A DNA stretch of 64,000 nucleotides, taken from positions 496,001 through 560,000 of the forward strand of contig CDLV01000009.1 in the NCBI GenBank assembly GCA_001244265.2. Reading direction: 5' to 3'. The DNA comes from Microbotryum violaceum. Its lineage: Eukaryota. The notes beneath the pieces were generated by a model. The model was not told where the DNA came from. It saw only the letters and a list, made by a program, of their open reading frames with translations, and did no database searches. The stretch's first letter is position 1, and every line of letters starts with the position of its first letter. The translations under genes and the position numbers were made by a program. Below are positions 11,123-27,539 of the stretch, one piece after another.

Positions 11123-13843
11123 GGTCGCAACACCGAGCTTGAAAGGCTGTGACACGGCTGAGAGGCTTTGCGCTTGCTCTGCTTTGCTCTCGGTCGGCGA
11201 TCGGGTTGGGTCGGCAAAAGCGCGGCGAGAGTGCGCTGTCCAACCCGGCACTTGTAGAGCGCGGCAGTCGAGAAAAGTGTTTCTTGGATCGGCACCGCAG
11301 CAATTTGCTCAAAAGGCAGTACTACGAAGACTCACCGCCTCGCAAGTCGAATCATAATTAACGACAAGGCACTCCGGCTTGCGTTTCTGACATTATGGCT
11401 GGATTTGCGACACCGCTTGCGACGCTCAAGCCTTAGCAGAATGACGGAAATGGCATGGGCCGACATGCAGCGAATAGTCGAAACCCCTCGGCGGTGCAAC
11501 CTGGTCAGGTTGTTTTCGAACGAGGGTTAATGCTGCTGACTGCCAGCTCAGACAGTCTCTTCGGACAGACCAACTTAACGATCGTGGCTGCAGTGGGCGT
11601 TCCTCTTCGCAGTGGGCTTGATCAGCGCTGCCGGACGTGTGTAAGACTTTGCGAAGGGCTTCAAGGTCTTAGCCGTCGATTCGGAAACGCCGGACCTATA
11701 GCCCGGACGCGTACCTTCCGACGTGTTCGAGAGCCACACACCGTCCATGCCTCCGGGGTCAACTGGCAAATCATCAGGATGTACGCCATTCGAAGTCGCG
11801 AGCGCCGATGGCTGAAGTCGGCAAGCCCGGACTCCGAGTCGGAGGCTAACTTGTTGGCGCGGAGAAGAGGCGATTACAACCTGACTCCAAACCAAAACCT
11901 TACTGCCTGCTCTAGCTTGCTCTTCATTATTATCTACCAGCGTTTAAGATCGAGAACGCGTCGGAGGATGCGATACGATCCTCAGCGCCGCCCGCTGCGG
12001 ACAAGCTTGAAAGGGGCAGAGACAGCCCGCCCGACCCGTCTTTGCGCCGACAGACAAGCGCGATGTAAGTGTCTTGTTCCTCTTCGTTGAAACAGGAGAA
12101 TTTGCGACCGGAAGTCTGCGCCACACCGGATATGGTTTATTGACCATCTTGAGTGCTCGACTGCGGAAAATATGGTGACGCGCTGGCACACCTCACTGAG
12201 AGAATGATCATGTTGCAATTTGTCAATAGGAAATGTACCGTGATGTCGTTCTAAATCAAACGAGCTGAAGGCCTCGATGAATCAGGCTTGTCGTGCATGG
12301 GCGGGAGGGATGAGTGGAAGTGCCATCGGCGAAGGTGGGGGTGGGGGTTTGCGCAAGTGAGGGAGGCCGCTGCATTCAGCTGCAGTTGGGCCGCTGCGAG
12401 TAGTACGTATGATGCAAACCCTTACTAGCCGAGAGAGGGGTGGGATTGCGCTGAGCTGTAGAAAATATAGTAGGCACACTCTGAGTTAAACAAGCAGTGA
12501 CTTTCTGTTTCAGCGTGGGTCGCCATATGTTTAAGGTGTCGGCGCAAGGTACTTGACAAGGCGCGACAGGCTCAAGCTGGAACCGGCGCAGGAACACTGC
12601 GAGACCAGGCGAGGCGGGCCAGGGGACCAGGGGTATTCGGAGGTTGTAGAGCTCTCCCCGAGAAGTTGACGATCAGAGCTACAGAGGACAAAATGGATTG
12701 AGCTCTAACCCGATCGCAGGCTATGTACATTCAGCAAGGCGGGGGCCGCGGAGCCAAGTTGAACCTCGGACCAATGCATACATCGAGTCGAGGGGGGGCA
12801 CGATGGCGCCGTCGCACCTCGGCCGTTCTCCTTCGCAGCCTCAAGCGTATTCTACCGTTCCACCTACGGACCTCCTCTTCCTCCACGCCCGATGAGCTCA
12901 ATCACCTACCCATCTAGTATACCAACAGCAACATTACGCACGGATGCATCGACATCCACTGGCCCAATCGAGCCAGCACGGCCTTCGCTGCTCTCGTCCA
13001 TCATGACGACCCCTTACCTGCCGTGGGCGACCAGTGCCGTACTGTGAGCACTCAAAAATAGCTCAATTCGCATGACGGCCGTCTATTAATCACTTGTACT
13101 TGTTACAACTCGTGCAGACTCGCCTCTGTCCCGCCTTGCGTCAAAGCTCCGCTTGGATTCCCTCACCTCGTTCAACTGCCGCTTTTTGCTCTCATCTTTG
13201 GTGGTTCAGGGTGAGCAACTGTCTCCATTTAATTTCGTTTTTCACGCGCAACGCCATGTCGAAACTCGTCTACTCTCCTTGGTCCAGGTACATGATCCGA
13301 ACTGGAGATCCTTACAACGGAGCAGGCACCACGACAGGTAAATTTCACCACGATCGACGACCTTTATCTCCCGAGCAGCCGAGTCAACTGGGCATATAGT
13401 CCACAATCGACTCGAAACTAATCTTCGTTTCTGGTCTCTTCTTTCCCCGTTAGCCTGGTCTCTGACCTACCTCTTCTTCCACGGACGCAAAGCCCTCGCT
13501 TCGAGAAAACCGATCCCGATCTTGCTCGCTTCGACAATGGCCACTCAGGCACTAGTAGCGGGTGGTTTTTACTGGAGCAGTGATGAGGATGGGGAGGAGG
13601 AACGAACAGGGAGTGGGAAATTTGGTGTAGTATAATAGCACAGACGAGGTGTAACATGATAAGTCGGAGCTTGACCAAACGTAGCCGGAAATATCTGCAC
13701 AGTGTAAAGGCGCAGAGAACTCATCCTCTCTCACTCGTGATGATATCGAGAGAACGAACACAGAGGGGCGAATACGAACGACGCAGTATTGACAGTTACA
13801 ACGGGCGTCATGCACAAAGAAACAATATATAGGTAAGATCTTG

Positions 13844-15579
13844 CTACTTGCGCTTCCCCTTCGAAGCATTCGGGTTTCGTCTCCCCGCACCGATGACGGG
13901 CAAACCGGACGAATCGAGTCGAACTTCTCCCCCAGCTCCGTTCTTGCCGCCCCTTCGCCGCCCCTTCTCGCCTTGCAACATCGCGGGCTGCGTGAGGGCA
14001 TCAAGAAAGTAGAGATCAGACCCTGCCCGCTGGACGTACGAAGAATAGCGAGATGAAGCAAGTAGACTGACCTGCCAATCCGGATCGTTGAATCCCTTCA
14101 GCCCACCCTCGTTCGCGTCCCCACCCCTCCTCTTCTCGTCCATGACACTCCTCAACAAGGCCCTCGTCTCCTTATGCCTCATCACTTCGGCAGTCTTGAT
14201 TCCTCTCGACCATTCCTTCTGATCTTCCCTCAACACCGGTTCGGCATTAACGCCACCACCTGCTCGACCCATCTTTGGGTTGGGCAGCGAGTACTGCGTG
14301 CCTCGGAGGCGGTACTGGAAGTTCTTCTTGAGGTGGAGAATGTAGCCGTTCGGATGCTCGGGGGAGGCGGGCACGTAGGTGATGGACGTGCGAATCAAGG
14401 TCGGGCCTCCGCAAGAAGGGCAGAATCGTTTCTCCGGGTTCTTGCAGAGTCTTCAGTGAGGAAAGTAGCGGGAGACAATGAGTAATCGTTCTCTTTCCTT
14501 CGCCAACATCACAGATCGTAGGCGACTCACTTGAAGCAAGCATGACACCTCAAGATCCAGGTCCTGACCTCCCTGACCCTCTTTCCTCCCGAACCCAAGA
14601 CGTTCAAGCCCATCTGCAACCCCACGTTCTGCATCGCAAAGTCACCGGTCAAAACGGCGGCCTTCATGATCGCTTTGGGTGCTTTGGCGAGGGTGCCTTC
14701 GGGTGGTGTGAAGAGGCCGAGATCTTTCACTTTGTGCAAGGTGACATTCTCGGGTGTGATCCACGATCCACCAGACGAGTCCGATTCTTCGCCTTCGGAT
14801 TCGCCATCGTCTTCGTCGTCGTCCTCATCGTCGTCATGCTCTTGGGGATCAATATCCTCTTCTGTCTCTTGCTGTACACTGATCTCCTGTCCCGCGGGTT
14901 CGCCCTCCTCCGACGTGCCGACTTGGGTCTCCTCCTTGGCCGTAGACAATTCCGAAGTCGAAGCCACGGGCTCCTCTATGACATCCTTTACCTCCAGCTT
15001 CTCAACACCTGCCTCAGCCTCCTCCAAAGGCTTATACTCATGCTCCTCGTTCGTCTTGGGAGGCCCGGTCAATACCTGTCCCGGATGGTCCCTTACCCTC
15101 CATCCACCATTCTCTTGCAATTCGAGCGTCAAACAGAGAGCCAAGACTCGGATATCGGCTTTGGACAGCACGGCGATATCACCTGTCTTTCTCGCAAAGT
15201 CTGTGACTAAAGATTGAACGAAAATTATGTCAACTCAAAGCCCGGAGGATGTATCGACTTTATGAAACTCACTTCGCGCGACGGCCTCAAAGGAAGGTTC
15301 TCGGACCGTGAACCCAGGCTTGACGTCTTCGCCACTCCCCTCAGGAGGCAACAATTGCAACTGAGCCTCCTGGAGCACTTCACGTCCTTTTCGATCCCTC
15401 AATTCGGAGACGACATCCGGTGTAAGGAGGTAGTGGGTCGCCATACCACGGAGCGTGGACAAAGGGGAGGTGAGCAGAGGCGATGAATCGACGATCAGGT
15501 GCTTGACCGGCGGTTGACGAGGGGACGAAGTGGTCATCGTCATGGATGGGTTCATGATCGGTGGTGGTGCGGAGGCCAT
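13844..15579 (-). CDS. NOB1: 20S pre-rRNA endonuclease Nob1 (PIN domain plus zinc ribbon)
   Basis: LIVDSSP...VVSELRD, VLSKADIRVLAL, GGSWITPEN, TGDFAMQNVGLQMGL, WILRCHACFK, FCPSCG, RGTQYSLP. Confidence 0.95.
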
Positions 15580-16506
15580 GACGAGTGCGTCTTAAAGGGT
15601 TATGAGTGTGCGGAGGAGTAGAGTGGCAGTGAGTGCCTTGCTCAGCCCGACTCGATGCCTCTGTGCGCCTGCCAGCGCCTGTGGGGCTGCGAAGCTCATG
15701 ACTCGGGCTGCGAAGGGCGCGAGTTTCCATTAGCGATCGATCGGACTAGATCGAGTCGAATCGCGCGATAGTCCGGCAAGTCGCACTAATCGTCGACGCG
15801 CGCCCTTTGCTCACTTGTGTCGTAAGTCATTGACCTGCTCTTGGCCCCTTTCGGTAGGGTAGGTCCAAATTCATCCACCTCAGAAGCCTGTGTGTGGTTA
15901 AAATCAGGAAGGTGCACTGATCTGATGCAGTGGATCGCAGTCGAGACACGCTCAGTTATAGCCCCTGTATTCTCCCCGACCTCTACGACATCGCTTGCAA
16001 CACGAGGTACACCAATGACACGGACATGGACACGGTGTGAGTGCGAGCGATGTGACGCCATGTCTCGGCGCCAATCGGGCAGAAAAAGGGGCCTGTACAA
16101 ATAAAGGGTGTAATGGGACTTGTAATGTAACACTTTACTGCTCAACGGCTGATTTTGAATGCATTTCAAGGGAGATCGTGTTGTCGTGACTCCCAGTGCA
16201 GCCTTTAAAGAGGTAATCAGTACGTGGCAGTGCATTTCATCCACCCCTATCCTTCGTAAGATAATAGCGCGGCAGAGGTGGACGAGCTTCCTCAAGGTAC
16301 GATGGCGCAAGCACTCTCGATCCATTTTCTAGATCCTGTTATGATCTCAGGGTGTTCATCGAACCAATGAGAACGGCAACAGGACACACGTGTTCCGCGC
16401 CGTTCGTGTAGGACCAAGTCAATCTGAGAAGAGTTGTGCAGCAAAGTATAGATATTTTCTGTCCAACCCGTCGACCTCCCCACACAGCAAAGAAGCTAAT
16501 CCCTGC

Positions 16507-18112
<1,606 letters not shown>

Positions 18113-19712
18113 GGATGTGGTTGAATGGAAAGGACGTGGATGGGGTCGAACGTGTGTTGGCGTCAAGGGTCCGTGGAGGGAGCAAGATGAGATGCCAGGA
18201 GGAGCATCAGCACTTCATCGCCGCCGACTTTACGGCGCGGTGACATCGGACGGGATCAAAAGCATTCCCGAGTTCCGATCAATAATGCAACGCGGCTTGC
18301 CGAATTGTTACGATCGTTCTTTTGCTCGCCACTGCACGACACAATTTAGACCCAGCACACTGTCCGTACGTAGATATGGGCCAGTGAGTGCATGGGCTGA
18401 GTCTTTAGATGTTATTGAGATACAAACAATGCCACATGGTTTGTGCTTTGCCCGTCGAGGCAGTCTGGCTGAGTTGCAACGGATGTGCTACGGTTCGGAG
18501 GGAGGCCCTGCAGCTCTGCAGTGCCACCCACTCGGCTCCGACTCGGAGTGACGGCCACGCCGCCACGACTCACTGGCACATACTCAATCAAACTGCATAC
18601 GAACTGGCCGTCAAGTCACAGTACATGCATTCGTTCTGGACATTATTGAATCCGGTCTTGTACACGAAAGAGCATTGTCCCCGAGAGGTACACTTGCTAC
18701 TCGCAGCGTTCCGAGCGACGGCGGGGCAACGCTTGCAATTGGGATCGCATCGGCTGGAACTTCTGCGCACACGTGAGAAATCCTTGCCCCATCAGCCAAA
18801 ATTATCGACCACGGAGAAACGTTCCTATTGCATCTATGGAGAAATGGGTGGTCCGGAGTTGTAGCCTCAGCGGTACACGTGTTATGCAGGCACTGCAGGC
18901 GTCGCGACAACCGGTCTGAACCCCTCATGCGACCGGAGTCGGAGGCTACCGTCGGCCCGCGATACTCGCCTCGGATCGGAAGATTGCAGAGGGTGGATGG
19001 ATCTCGACTTGCCAGTGGATTGGATCCTTCTCACGGCTCCTTGGACATGAGCTGAGCGATCAAGTCGATATTTTCTCCTGTGCCTGCCAGCCACAGATCG
19101 CCGCTCCGAATTTTGGCTCCAGCCGAATGTATGGGGTTGGGATGCGATCACTGTGACGATGAGAGCGATGAGAGACGGACCTCAGCATTTTGGTAAGGAG
19201 AAACACGAAAACACATCCGAGTGATCACAGTGCAGGCGGGACCGGTGCGCTAGTCACGTGCTTTTGCTCGATCAGCGCGAACGTGATTTATGGTTTCAAT
19301 GCAATTGGTCGATCAAATGTGAATCAACCCAAAAGAAGCAGAAGAATTAGAATTTGTCGCCGGTCATCATCTCGCATTATTCGCCCTAACCGGAAGCCTG
19401 CACCAGCCTGCACATAGTAGTAACCTTCATCGGCAACTGAAGGCTTGCAAGACTCGGACTCGACCGACCCCTCTGCGCGCGGCCTCGTGTTTTCGCCTGT
19501 GCGTGCCGTGCCGCCCCACCGCCTGATCTAGGTCCCCGCCTCTCTGGACGATCGTCACAGCAACAACTACCATCCGAACAACGATGCAGTAATGACCTTG
19601 TCATAGCCTAGCCGACGGTACTTTTTCGGGCATCCGAGAAGCGGTCAAAGATCACGCGATCGACTTGGACGGGTTCGCGCAGTTTCCCGTGCCACCGCTG
19701 GAACTTCATTCG

Positions 19713-21918
<2,206 letters not shown>

Positions 21919-21972
21919 TAAAACAAAAACAAACACCCTTGACCCCCCTTCCCTCCTCCCAAAGTCCTCGAA

Positions 21973-24900
21973 TCACCTCTTCAGATTAGCCCCCATGCCT
22001 CCACTCACCACCCTCCTCTTATTAACGCCGACCGAAGTCGGACTTATAGGACTCGTCATTATCCCCAAGCTATTGGTCAACATAGGTGGGGGTCGACTAG
22101 AACTTCGACCCATTCCGAAGCCACCTCCCCCGGCAGTAGAAGAAGTCGACGTCCCCGTTCCTTTTCGACTCGTGCTCCCTACTGTCCCATTTTTCCCGCC
22201 TTGGACACCACCACCACCACCACCACCACCACTGGCGCCTCTCATCGACCCCATCCCATTCGGCCCTCCACCACCCGAATGAGGCGTCAAAGGTTGACTA
22301 CCCCATCCGTTCGTCGTCGACGGCCCCATCGTCGGAAATGATGTATTGAAAGGAGGGTCGAACCCCAATTCGTGTCCTTGCATCGCCGCCGTCGCTCTTC
22401 GTTTTTGTACGGCTCGGAAGTGGTACAACAGTTCGGACCAACGGACGTCGTCTTGGCGGCGGAGACGGGAGGCGTTGATGGTGTTGGAGGAGATTGAGGT
22501 TGAGGAAGAGGCGTTGGAGGGGTTCATGCAGGGAGAAGAGCTGGAGGAGGATGAGGGAAGGGTTGAGGAAGAGGTGGGGAAAGTTCTGTGAGGGTGTGAG
22601 GGGCGTCAACATCAGAATGTCTTGTGCGGATGTGGACTAATCAAGAACTCACTTTGGTACAGTTTGCAAGAAGCCTAATGTGCTGACTGCGCTCAACCGA
22701 TTGCGCAAAGTCGCGAATGCACTCGACTGCGGCAAGAGCATCAGCAGACCATACATGGCTTTGAGCAGATACGGGTACCGATCCGGTTCGAGCAATTGTA
22801 ATCGTAACGAGGTGAAGACGGGGGATTCTAGCAGTTGTACGAGCTTATCGATTTGGATTAGCATGCTGACGGTGATTTCGAGTTCGGCGCTATGGGGGAT
22901 CGGATCAGGAAGTGTCAGTTGCATAGTATTGCCCAATCCTCCTATCTGTTGAACCCACAATATCTGCAGCAATGCACAGGCTTGCTCATAAGTCTGAGCG
23001 AGCAGGCACAACGAGAATGTCGCAACGGCGTTGTGCGACCATGACCGATACAACGCCACGAACAGGCTTTGACCGTCCTGCGTGGTCATGACATGATGGG
23101 ATGGGTGAGCTCAACTACGATACACGGCCGAAGGCCACCTGTCTATGACTTACCTTGGTGTCCAAGCTCTTGAGCCTTTTGCGGAACTCGGCCAACTCTG
23201 GCGAGGTGATCATGATCAAGTTGAGGTTCTGCACCATGATGGATGCAAACTCGAGATCCTTTGAAGCAAGCGCAACCCAGCCCACGTCAGCGTCGCTTTA
23301 CTCGTCATTTCATTGAATGCGTACCTGAGAGAACTCACCTCATCCTTCTCCAGAATCTCGGCGAAAGTCCTATAGATCCTCTCAGTATTCAAGCTCGCGC
23401 ACAATTGACGGATGATCAAGCTTCCCCTCGTCTCCAATAGCTTGCGATCGGTCGAGAACAGCTCCAACAAGGACATCATGAACGTCGGGAAGTATTCGTC
23501 GTCGGCGCTAGCCGAGATTTGAGCGAGGAGCTGTAGATCCATCCGGAGAACCCTTTCGGACGCGTCGGAGAGCATCTTGAGGAGAAGAGCAATACTGAGG
23601 CCCGATTCGGAAGAACCAGTACTGTAGGCCGGGTGCGTACGAATGCACGAGGGGTTGCGAGACGATTCGCCGGCGGGATCGTCGATGGCGAGGATCCTTC
23701 TCGGTGCTTTTTGGTGCAGCATGATGAGCCACTCCAATGCCGCGACCCTCGTTTCTTCGTGCTCGTTCAGGAATTGCAACGTCAACGCATTGACCGTCGC
23801 ACCGTAATCGAAAGGGTCCATCTCGGGAGTGGCCCCTATTGATGGGTAGTCGGACATGCTCGAACGCGATCGTTGATCATCGGGGAAGCCGGTCATGTTT
23901 GTTGGCGGAGAGGAGGTGATGTTCCGGTCTTTGTTCAAGTCGCCTGATCGAGTTGGGGCGGCGCAGGCGGAGGTTGCGAGCAGGCCCGTGTTTGTCGGCG
24001 GCTGGGGAGAGGACGGCCCTGCCACGGGAAGGGCTTGGATAACGGAGAAGAGGTTGTCGTTCGTTTCGTTGGCGGCGTTGCGGATCGTAGGGACATGGTG
24101 GGCGAGTGAGGATAAGATGACGGGGATGAGACGAGGCGCGAACGGGACCATGACGGGCTGCACAAAAATCAGGAACTCGGCGATCCATCTCAAACAGGTG
24201 GCTTGTATCTCCTCGTCCGGGAAGGTCAAATGCTCGAGGAGGATCTCAATGATGGCGGCGTGGTCGACATGCACCCCTTGTCCGGGGATCCACTCGCCCG
24301 AGTCATCATCATCCTCGTCGTCGTAGTCCTCCTCCGATCCCTCCTCCTCATTCGGGCCGCGTGGCTTGCCCGAGGCGGCCCCTTCGATCTGCAAGCCTTG
24401 CAACGATTCTTGCAATGTCGGTGTCGGCACCTTCGAGTCTCCCGGCCCGCCACCGACTTTCGTCATCCCACTGAGTTGGCTCGTTCTGCGGCTGTGGGTC
24501 CGACTCGAGGATTCGGCTCTCACACCGGCCGAGCTCTCGGGTTTGGCGGCGTCTCGTTCTTGCTCGAGCTTGCTCTCCTCGATCTGGTGAAACTTTTGCA
24601 CCTCGGCAACTTCTCGAATCTCGCGCAGGAAATCGGCGAGGACATTCTGGGTCGCGATGCGAATATCGACGGTCGGATCGCCGAGGAACTTGAGTAGTCC
24701 GTCGAGGAACTCGGGTAGGTAGGTGACGAGCTCGAGTTCGGGAACCGAGTCGAGCACGGTGAGCCACGACACGAGGTAGGTTCGGGTGAAGGGATTGATG
24801 ACGTATATCCGTTCGCGCAGGAGCGGGACGAAGCGATTGAGGGAGAAGGCGTGCTGAGGTTCGGACTCACTCTGATCTTTGGTATCGCGAGTGTCGCCCA

Positions 24901-25856
24901 GAGGGGGTGACCCTGGTCGATCAGAGGTGTTAGGATGAAGAGATTGAGAAGGCGGGATGTTGAGGGTCGACACATAGGTCGATGCCTGCTCGGTGACGAC
25001 ATCCTTGACGAGTCGGTCGAGCAGCTCGGCGCCGTTCTTGACACTGATTTCGGTATCGGCAGCCAGCTAAAGGAGATCAAAGCCCTTGAATGAGCTATCA
25101 ATTTCACGAACTTACGATGAGCATCACACTTACCCTTGACATGGCGTCAAAGAGCTCATTAAAATAGATCAAGATCTCTCCCTTGGCGACTTTGGTCTAC
25201 GTGTGGGGGTCGGGGGGTTCGGTGGGGAAGAGGGGGACGCTAGATCAGCAAGCCATCTGAAAAGAACGCGAGTGTTGAATCAACACTGACAATGTTGTAC
25301 ATGCTCTCGCAGGCAAAATATCGGACTTTGGAGTCTTGGTCGGCAAAGCACCTGAGCACGGGTGGTACGAGCGCGGCGAGATGCTCGGCTACTTTGGGGC
25401 CGAGGGCGATGCTGTTGGAGGGTTTGAGCGTTAGTGCGCCAGTCACGGTACCACGTCGTCGCTGTTGAACTGACGATGTCCCGGCCAGTCCCATGATACC
25501 GCCGGACCTAGCATGCGAGTTGTGCGATTCGACGAGCGTACACAGCTGTCCGATGATGAGCTCGAGGCGCTTGACGTCGTCGATGGCGACGCAGTCCTTG
25601 ATGACCCGTTCCAGCTCCAACGCCGTGTTTTTCCGTCGTTCATATGCCTGTCACGGTAATCCAGTGAGGGTTAGCGTCGGAGTGACGGGTGACGGGTGTC
25701 GGTCGCCGTCTTGGACCGCTCGAAACAGGGACGAGGGGAGGGGTCCATGCGGTCGAGCATCGCGTGTGGAGCCGCCGCGTGTCGACCGGAACGGTTCAGC
25801 GGAATGCACGGCACACGCACCTTGTCAGCGAGGTTCCTCAGCATGACGGCCTCCAT
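21973..25856 (-). CDS. VAC14: PI(3,5)P2 regulatory scaffold Vac14
   Basis: LADK|AYERRKNTALELE, DQDSKVRYFACESMYNI, SVKNGAELLDRLVKDV, LLETRGSLIIRQLC, QIDKLVQLLESPVFTSLRLQLLEP, LLPQSSAFATLRNRL. Confidence 0.96.
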
Positions 25857-26488
25857 CTTGAGCAACACGTGTCCTCTGTCAGACGCAGGGGAGGTGCGAC
25901 TTGTGCCGCGGTGGGCAACTTAGGTAGTATGGGCTCAGAGGCAAAAACAGGATCAAGGATCAAGCAGCTGGTTAAATGCACCCACGTCGAATCGAAGCGC
26001 CCCCCTGAGCGAGCCGCAAACGGACCAGAGCTAATGTTGGCGATCTCTAATCGTGATTACGGCAGATTACGCCTATTATAGCACGGGGGTGGGACGCCCC
26101 CCTTCGCGCGGCAGTCGCCCTTGCAATTTTTTTTTTCCCTCGACCTCATCCTCGCTCTGCGAACGGCACTCGTCCGTTGGTGTCCTACGGTCTCACTTCA
26201 TTTCTTCCGCACATACACCTGAGCTTGACTGAGCTCTGGTGGATGGCCCGACAATCCCACACACCCTAAGATCCGCCGCCTTGACCCCTGATCACGCCTG
26301 CCTTAAAAAGCTCCCAACGCTTCCCCAAGCCTGACACCCCTTCTACACCGGACATCGAAGTCATGCGGCCATGTGAGTATCTGCTTCCTCTCGCTTCACC
26401 CATGCTGTACCTCTCCAACAACTTGGCGACACCCAAACCCTGCCGCTCGTCTCCCCGCGAAGCAGCCTGACTTGCGAACGTTCGCCCC

Positions 26489-26616
26489 GAAAAACGAATG
26501 ATTATACACAAATTCTGTTTTCTGAAACAAAGACACCCCCTTGGTCAAAGAACCTTGGGATGTGGCTTTCGCTACTTTGTGGAACACTATATCCAACGCT
26601 TAAAATGACGTTTTTC
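26489..26616 (+). ncRNA. Intronic box C/D snoRNA (predicted 25S rRNA 2'-O-methylation guide)
   Basis: Perfect 8-bp terminal stem GAAAAACG (26489-26496)/CGTTTTTC (26609-26616). Box C ATGATTA (26498) and box D ATGA (26605) carry a compensatory U-A change. Box D' CTGA at 26522. Guide ATCCAACGCTTA (26591-26602) is complementary to conserved 25S UAAGCGUUGGAU (from memory). Lies in a GT-AG intron 26373-26745. Confidence 0.72.
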
Positions 26617-27539
26617 TTTCGCTTGCTCGCCTTCTCCCTTGGTGGGAAGAGGGAGCGCGATGGCAGCCTCCGGGTCATCACCATGGCCTCTCACATGCTC
26701 CCTTTTGACTCTGAACTGACAAGTTGATGATGCTGGGTCTATCAGGATGCAGCTTTAATGCGAGCCCGGAGCCGTCTAGACAAAGCTCCACGGCGGAGCA
26801 GCGCGGTCCCCCAGTCTGCTGCTGCTGCCCCTCACCACAACACCTTGTACACGGCGAGCCCTTCTGAGGCAATACAACGACGCCCCGCCATCCTACCAGA
26901 CTGCTCAACCTTGCGCCATAATCCGTGCACGTGGGTGCTCGCGCTTCGCTCTCTGTCGCCGAGTTCCACCTCTCCCTCCATTCAGATCGCCCAGCTCTTT
27001 TCTTCACCTGATGAACCAAACAAAGATTCAGAACCGCTAACCTGACGCTGATTGAAGGACGGAGGCAAACGTAAGAGGGGTTTCTTCGGGAACGCTTCTT
27101 CTTTTGGCCTTTTTGTCCTTTTATTGGCCATGACGCGAGATCTTATCGATTATACTTCTGATTTATCAAAAGAGCATGGTCTTCGTTGATTGGATGCAAT
27201 GACAGGACACTCCTGTCACAATTGCTGCCCCGCGGGAGAAGGATTGGTTTCCTCCTCGCTGAGCTCGTGCCCGAGAGTTGGAAATAAGTGGTCTCCGATC
27301 AACATGTTGTGCGTTGCTCTCCGATGGCTATCTAGCGTACGGTATCTAGTGAGACGATTTCTGCCATGATCTCGCCGAGCGCTCCACTTGTTGAACTCAG
27401 CCGAGCGCTTCTGATCGGGCGGCACCTTCTCGTTCGCAAACGGGGCGAACCAGCTCGGTCAGCGGCCGCCAGCTCCGCTGCTCCACTTCAGTCCTCTCCC
27501 TCCCTACACACACTCCCTAGCGCAATTCACTCGAAGAAC

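Noticed and set aside
12640-12720. Weak inverted similarity to 63040-63120
   Set aside because: Matches are too short and gapped to call a dispersed repeat by eye.
13579-13586. Perfect box C motif GTGATGA
   Set aside because: No matching D box with terminal stem or recognisable guide at a suitable distance.
26690-26714. Third apparent 25S antisense patch followed by CTGA in the snoRNA host intron
   Set aside because: Imperfect match, outside the terminal stem and overlapping the branch-point region.
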